Part shown: piece by piece, positions 24,677-29,193 of the stretch
Layout: every line of letters begins with the position of its first letter
Numbering within the stretch: the first letter of the stretch is position 1
Virus record (IMG/VR): IMGVR_UViG_3300025808_000016
Span: 1 to 29,193 of that record
DNA from: a virus
Taxonomy: Duplodnaviria; Caudoviricetes
Length of the DNA stretch: 29,193 nt
Direction: 5' to 3' (one strand)
Translations under genes and position numbers: made by a program
The notes under the pieces: model-generated
Told to the model about the DNA's origin: nothing
Databases searched by the model: none
Seen by the model: only the letters and a program-made list of their open reading frames with translations

Positions 24677-25117
24677 CTAGAATAGTTTCTTTTGACGTAG
24701 GTCGCGTTGTTTGGCGATGGCGGTGTAGATTGTTTGTTGGGAGACGCGGAATTTTTTGGCGAGCTCGGTCACATTGTCGCCATCAAAGGCTTTGTATATT
24801 TGAACATCACGGATAAAGCGGTCTAGCTTGTCGTTATGAGGCAGATAAAAGCTGACCCCACCAAAATAGTTACCGATTGATGCGACTAGCGCAGCTGATA
24901 GCTTGTGATTTTCGGCACCGGTAATGCCTGCTACTTGCTGGATAACGTGCGCGTGTAGCTCGTAGATCTCGACTAGACGCTGGGCATAGATTTTTTTCAT
25001 GTCGGCAGATTCTAGGCCATCGATTGCGGCAAGCACTTGCTTTGTCGTGGCTTCGATCTGGTCGCCGAAAAAATCCTGTTGGTTTGATTCAGACACGATT
25101 TGCTTCCTCTTGTTCAC
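24677..25117 (-). CDS. Mor/C-family transcription activator
   Basis: FGGVSFYLP...RD..IY..FDGDNVTELAKKFRVSQQTIY. Confidence 0.92.
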   Translation of the reverse strand: MNKRKQIVSESNQQDFFGDQIEATTKQVLAAIDGLESADMKKIYAQRLVEIYELHAHVIQQVAGITGAENHKLSAALVASIGNYFGGVSFYLPHNDKLDRFIRDVQIYKAFDGDNVTELAKKFRVSQQTIYTAIAKQRDLRQKKLF

Positions 25118-25568
25118 GCTTTTTCAGTTCACGATGTTTCCACTTTTTAAGGGTTTCGATCATGCGACTGGCGGTTGCTGCATCACAAAACTGTGGCGCG
25201 GCATATTTGCCGTTAGTCATGCGTCTAACGTATGTCATCAATGCGGATTCTGATTTGTCTCTGACAATGCCAAGCTCGTGCAACTCAATCCAAAGCGCAC
25301 GTATCTTGTCGGCCTGAGACGTTACACGCCGTTTTTTAGGGCCAACTTTTTTCCTCTTTGGTTTCCATCCGAGCTTGATTTCCAAATGATGCAGCACGGC
25401 ATTGCGCTGGCTAAAGTCGAGATCGGCAGCAGAGCGTTTGCCAGTGACTAGCTCTAGCATGTCACGATAGGTTTCGTCATCCATGCCCAAGTCTTTTTTG
25501 GCAATCTTAATCTTTGCGATTTGAGTATTTCTAACAGTGCTCATTTGATTCATACCTTTGAATTTCAT
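25089..25568 (-). CDS. GemA/gp16-family protein (DUF1018)
   Basis: KIKIAKKDLGMDDETYR...KIRALW...IETLKKW. Confidence 0.9.
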   Translation of the reverse strand: MKFKGMNQMSTVRNTQIAKIKIAKKDLGMDDETYRDMLELVTGKRSAADLDFSQRNAVLHHLEIKLGWKPKRKKVGPKKRRVTSQADKIRALWIELHELGIVRDKSESALMTYVRRMTNGKYAAPQFCDAATASRMIETLKKWKHRELKKREQEEANRV

Positions 25569-25637
25569 TAATTAAAACGTCGATTAAATGGCGTTCATCG
25601 GCGCTTTAATTAATGGCCTGTTTGACCAGGCCTGTGG

Positions 25638-25832
25638 TTATTTGACAATTTGATTGGTTATGTCGTCTTCGTATATCCATCTTTGATGGGGCTTTAAATC
25701 GCGGCACCAGCCATGCACAGTGGAGAATTTGGCTATTTTGACTAGGTACCAATCGCCATCTTCCAATTCTGAGATAATTATGGCGCCGGTGTTGCGAGTT
25801 GGCTCTTCGTCATGTGGGTGTGATTTAATCAT
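25638..25832 (-). CDS. hypothetical early protein
   Basis: ATG at 25832 with a GGGAG SD overlaps the upstream stop. Confidence 0.5.
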   Translation of the reverse strand: MIKSHPHDEEPTRNTGAIIISELEDGDWYLVKIAKFSTVHGWCRDLKPHQRWIYEDDITNQIVK

Positions 25833-26016
25833 TTTTATCTCCCATTTCCAGTGCATCCCATCCCATTTGTTTGGCGAGGATGCGTTCTTTTGCATCATTT
25901 ATCCGTTTGGCTTTTTCGACCATTTCGGACGATAGCTTTTCATTTACGGCCTGAATGTCATAAGGTTTGATGTCCTCGTATTTCTCAGGCCTTGTCCATT
26001 TTGTTAGGGCGCTCAT
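25825..26016 (-). CDS. hypothetical early protein
   Basis: 63 aa, SD AGGAGG. Confidence 0.65.
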   Translation of the reverse strand: MSALTKWTRPEKYEDIKPYDIQAVNEKLSSEMVEKAKRINDAKERILAKQMGWDALEMGDKND

Positions 26017-26024
26017 AAACCCTC

Positions 26025-26639
26025 CTAAACCGCTGCTATATCTAGCGGTATTGCTTTGTAATTTTCACTGGCTCCGATTCGCTCATAAATGCGAATGTAG
26101 GTTTTTGAGCCAGACACCTGAATGCTGTCTTTGATGGCTTCCATGGCGTTTTGCCAGCCTTTATCTTTGATTTCTAGCTTGAGCAGGCTAAAGATACGGG
26201 CGGTGTTTATTTTGCCTTCTTTGTCGGTCTGGAAGGCGTGTTCAACCAGCGCACGGATGTTGTCATTGGTGCCTTGTGTCCATTTATGAATGCATTCATC
26301 AATGAGTTCTTTGGCGACCTGCAAACGCTCGTCAAAAACAATGTTTTCGCTTACCGCACGCTGGACTTTAAAGCGGCCGTCGTAGCTCATTAGAGTGACA
26401 TTGCCTTTTTGACCACCCATTTTGACGTCGTATTTCTCAGCAGACAGATCAATAAAAGCCTCAATATCACCAAAGGTTTGGCTTTTGAACTTTGCGATTG
26501 CTTTATTGACTTCTTGTGCATGACAAACGATTTCTTGAACGATGTCGTCCCGCTGTTTGTCGATGTCGCTAACAAGACTGACAGGGACGTAACGCCCAGA
26601 GCTGTCTTTCATGTAGTTTTCTGGTGAGTCGATATTCAT
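26025..26639 (-). CDS. DUF3164-family protein
   Basis: KGNVTL.SYDG...FDERLQVAKELIDEC...SKTYIRIYER. Confidence 0.88.
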   Translation of the reverse strand: MNIDSPENYMKDSSGRYVPVSLVSDIDKQRDDIVQEIVCHAQEVNKAIAKFKSQTFGDIEAFIDLSAEKYDVKMGGQKGNVTLMSYDGRFKVQRAVSENIVFDERLQVAKELIDECIHKWTQGTNDNIRALVEHAFQTDKEGKINTARIFSLLKLEIKDKGWQNAMEAIKDSIQVSGSKTYIRIYERIGASENYKAIPLDIAAV

Positions 26640-26768
26640 TTAAAAGTGCTCCTCTTCTGTGTAATCTGGCTTGTTGATGTTAAATATTGCTATTGATAGC
26701 ACCCCGAATATGCCGCCAATCATAAATGCGGCGATTAAACCTAAGCTGTATGCAAGTGTCATCGTCAT
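26640..26768 (-). CDS. 42-aa single-TM protein (not in the ORF track)
   Basis: MTMTLAYSLGLIAAFMIGGIFGVLSIAIFNINKPDYTEEEHF; GGGAG SD; stop abuts the next ATG. Confidence 0.65.
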   Translation of the reverse strand: MTMTLAYSLGLIAAFMIGGIFGVLSIAIFNINKPDYTEEEHF

Positions 26769-26774
26769 TCTCCC

Positions 26775-27065
26775 TTATTCGATTCTTGGCCAAATTAATT
26801 CGGCTATTGGCATGCCGCTAAAGCGGAGCTGCTTGCACATCATTGATGATCCGAGCTGCACCGGGTTGGTTAATAATCTGTCGTCTTCTGGTGGTTCGAT
26901 CGTGATAATTGGGGTATCCGTATCTACGTCGACAGTAATGTGTAGCGGCGTAAGGTCGTGGGCGTCGCAAAATGCGATTGCGCGTTGGGCATTGGCGGTC
27001 TTGTATATCATGTCGCATGCGGCACGTTTTTGGTGTAGGTCAGTTACTTTTGATTCTCTGTTCAT
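26775..27065 (-). CDS. hypothetical early protein
   Basis: 96 aa, GGAG SD, ATGA overlap. Confidence 0.65.
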   Translation of the reverse strand: MNRESKVTDLHQKRAACDMIYKTANAQRAIAFCDAHDLTPLHITVDVDTDTPIITIEPPEDDRLLTNPVQLGSSMMCKQLRFSGMPIAELIWPRIE

Positions 27066-27301
27066 AGTTGTTCTCCATCTTTGATAAAGTTTTTGGCCAG
27101 TTTTAATGCGCCTATAAGTGCTTTGACTTCGTTCTCTTCCAGTAATATAGAGCCACTTTTTCCATCTAAAACAAGGCCTACTTCAATCGACTTTTCTCTA
27201 TTGCAGGCTTGTACAGCAATCCAATCAGATTCAGCGCGTTCAGCCGAACGTATATGGATTGATAGTTGTGGAAATGGCAGATTTTCTTTTGCCATAATCA
27301 T
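27062..27301 (-). CDS. hypothetical early protein
   Basis: 79 aa directly after MuB, AGGAG SD. Confidence 0.6.
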   Translation of the reverse strand: MIMAKENLPFPQLSIHIRSAERAESDWIAVQACNREKSIEVGLVLDGKSGSILLEENEVKALIGALKLAKNFIKDGEQL

Positions 27302-28215
27302 TCTCCTGTTAGGTCAGCCCAAGATGCCTTTAAATGTTTCGTGGTTATTTTCTCGCCCTTAGCGAAGATACTTGCCAGTCGTATAGCTTTATTTAGCCCT
27401 CTCAATGCCCCTGGCCGACTTGCAATATCTTGACAATAGATAGTCTCATCTTTGCCTAGCTGCCATGCTTCTGCAATCATGTCGACGTCTTTTTTAGTTG
27501 GTCTTGTCAATCGCAAGCGCTTTCCAATCCGGCTAAATAACTGCGCATATTCTGCGGCTCTACGTTGACCGATTAACTGGCCATACACAGATTCATTGCC
27601 TAAAAGAGCAAGACCAACGCCCGACAGTTCTGCTAGCCTCCTTGCGTTTTCCAAAGCTCTATCATTTAGGAACTGGGCTTCATCGACAATCAATAAACCT
27701 TCCGTATCCGTTAGGCGCTCAATAATTTCCCGTTCCAGCTGATCTGCATGACCTCTGGGGATACGCATTCCACAGGCATAGGCCACTGCACGAAGAAAAG
27801 ACCCACCCGTATTGCGAGATGGTGTTGCCTCAACTATCCAAACATTATTGGAATTGGCAGCGTATTCCTTTATGGCAGTGGTTTTAGAAACTCCTGCGCC
27901 ACCATAAATAATGACTAGATCAGATGCTATGTGCGCATAGGTCAGTGTATTAATGATTTTCTGTGCAGTTGGTGTTGGCACAAATTTCGGTGCGGTTGGC
28001 AAGGTAGATGCACTTATTTTCTGCGCATTTTGCTTGTCAAACCATTGCTTTATTTTGCGCTCGATTTCGTTGTTGTCACCTTTATATACGCCTTTGCGCC
28101 ATTGGCTTAAAGCAGATGCGTGGACATCTGTTTCCTTGCTAAGTTTGGACTGACTCATTTCGCCTTGCATTAACAGGCTGGCCACTTTTCCTCTTAAATC
28201 TTGCTCAATTTGCAT
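27298..28215 (-). CDS. MuB-like transposition ATPase
   Basis: N-terminal HTH (SALSQW..G.YKGD), Walker A GGAGVSKT, LLIVDEAQ, AQLFSRIG, GALR. Confidence 0.93.
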   Translation of the reverse strand: MQIEQDLRGKVASLLMQGEMSQSKLSKETDVHASALSQWRKGVYKGDNNEIERKIKQWFDKQNAQKISASTLPTAPKFVPTPTAQKIINTLTYAHIASDLVIIYGGAGVSKTTAIKEYAANSNNVWIVEATPSRNTGGSFLRAVAYACGMRIPRGHADQLEREIIERLTDTEGLLIVDEAQFLNDRALENARRLAELSGVGLALLGNESVYGQLIGQRRAAEYAQLFSRIGKRLRLTRPTKKDVDMIAEAWQLGKDETIYCQDIASRPGALRGLNKAIRLASIFAKGEKITTKHLKASWADLTGE

Positions 28216-28299
28216 GTATAATCCTTTTTAGATTGGTTATTTTTGATTGATCAGTGGTTTAAACGACCTTGAAACCCTTATTCCATTGCGTTTAAACCG

Positions 28300-29193
28300 C
28301 TATTTCTTTGTTCTAAAATCCTGCATCGCTTCATAAAAATTACTCTGATAATCTTCCTCCTCCTCCTTTTTTGGCGCCCCTAGCGGATAAATGCTTGTGG
28401 TGTCTTCATCTTCAGACAATGCATAACCGTTAACCACTTTAGGTTGTTTTTGAAACTCTACCTGCACAGCGCCTGCACCTGGTAAGTCTGACTCTGGTGT
28501 GATTGGTTGCAACCTTGCAGCCGCTTTAATATCCATTTGAGTTTGGGCAGCAGATGCAATCTTGGTAGCTTTGGCAAAACGATTTCTTTGCTTGTTGTAT
28601 TCTCTGGCAGCATCTGTGTCGCGGAAACCAACGGCTGAATCAAGGTGAGCATCACATATATATAGGTTGTCTAGCGTATAGACAGCAATGTCTTTATGCA
28701 GATCATCTGGATCAAAACGCACAATGACTTTATGTCCACGATATTGGAGCAATGTGTCTGACACATATCGATTAAAACCAACGCCAGTTGCCGAACCCGC
28801 TTTTGTATTAATAGTGCCGTCGGACTTAACTAATACGGGTTCAGATTGCAACATCCATAGACGACGCTGGCTTTCTGTTGCTTTTCGAATGGTGGCTTTG
28901 GCGAAAGACTCATTAAACACTTGTTCAAAACTCTTTATACCTGCGGCCATTTCGGTTCGACGACCTTCGCGAAGGTTCCAATAAGCGATTTCACGTTCGA
29001 CTACTTCTAAAAACACGGCATGATCAACGATGTTAGAGGCGTAGTTTTCGGGTTTTGCCGTCGGATTTTCACCGGTGTACGCACCAGCGAATTCTGGCAC
29101 TTTATCGATGTATTCACCCAAACCACCCCGACCGAAAGCACGCTCAATTGGCTTAGCCTGCCCGTGTCCTTTGCGGGTGACTTGATCTACACT
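28300..29193 (-). CDS. MuA-like DDE transposase, 3' part (start outside the window)
   Basis: Frame is open to the window edge: GHGQAKPIERAFGRGGLGEYIDK..FAGAYTG.N..AKP.NY, VRFDPDDLH. Confidence 0.95.
   Translation of the reverse strand, partial: SVDQVTRKGHGQAKPIERAFGRGGLGEYIDKVPEFAGAYTGENPTAKPENYASNIVDHAVFLEVVEREIAYWNLREGRRTEMAAGIKSFEQVFNESFAKATIRKATESQRRLWMLQSEPVLVKSDGTINTKAGSATGVGFNRYVSDTLLQYRGHKVIVRFDPDDLHKDIAVYTLDNLYICDAHLDSAVGFRDTDAAREYNKQRNRFAKATKIASAAQTQMDIKAAARLQPITPESDLPGAGAVQVEFQKQPKVVNGYALSEDEDTTSIYPLGAPKKEEEEDYQSNFYEAMQDFRTKK

Larger units (their letters stand above)
1..29193 (-). mobile_element. Mu-like transposable prophage/phage with a non-contractile tail, partial (both ends outside the window)
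   Basis: MuA, MuB, gemA, Mor and the gp25-gp37 head genes occur in Mu order on one strand; tail tube and tape measure genes are present, but no sheath or baseplate genes were recognised. Confidence 0.95.

Noticed and set aside
156-25634. Naming the host genus from the CAGGCCTG palindrome
   Set aside because: Cannot be supported without host sequence or a search
1203-28984. Most short plus-strand and nested ORFs in the track
   Set aside because: They are shadows of well-supported minus-strand genes, with no SD or recognisable motifs
3806-29193. Second DGR target/VR
   Set aside because: I saw no other TR-like segment by eye; remote targets outside the window cannot be excluded
1-29193. Mu ends (TG...CA with transposase-binding sites), repressor, ner, invertible G segment
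   Set aside because: The window stops inside MuA and just after the tail module; no invertase or inversion sites were seen

Overview
The whole window is most of a Mu-like (transposable) prophage or phage, with almost all genes on the minus strand. From right to left it carries: the 3' part of the MuA transposase gene (cut by the window edge), MuB, small early genes, a DUF3164 gene, gemA/gp16, a Mor/C activator, an unexpected RecA-fold AAA ATPase, an AntA antirepressor behind a C4-like structured antisense leader, a DUF5675 + holin lysis cassette, the Mu-type head module (gp25-gp37, with gpF bearing a putative nuclease C-terminus), and a non-contractile tail (tube, frameshifted chaperones, 1360-aa tape measure). 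At the left end is a complete diversity-generating retroelement (DGR): target gene with VR, avd, TR and reverse transcriptase. TR (1830-1936) and VR (2377-2483) align without gaps over 107 nt with 9 mismatches, all at TR adenines. Other notable structure includes TR lying in frame inside the RT ORF, twin late-promoter-like elements with a start-codon-occluding hairpin, and an over-represented CAGGCCTG palindrome. The prophage ends, repressor and ner are outside the window. Family names come from recognising motifs by eye; no searches were run.
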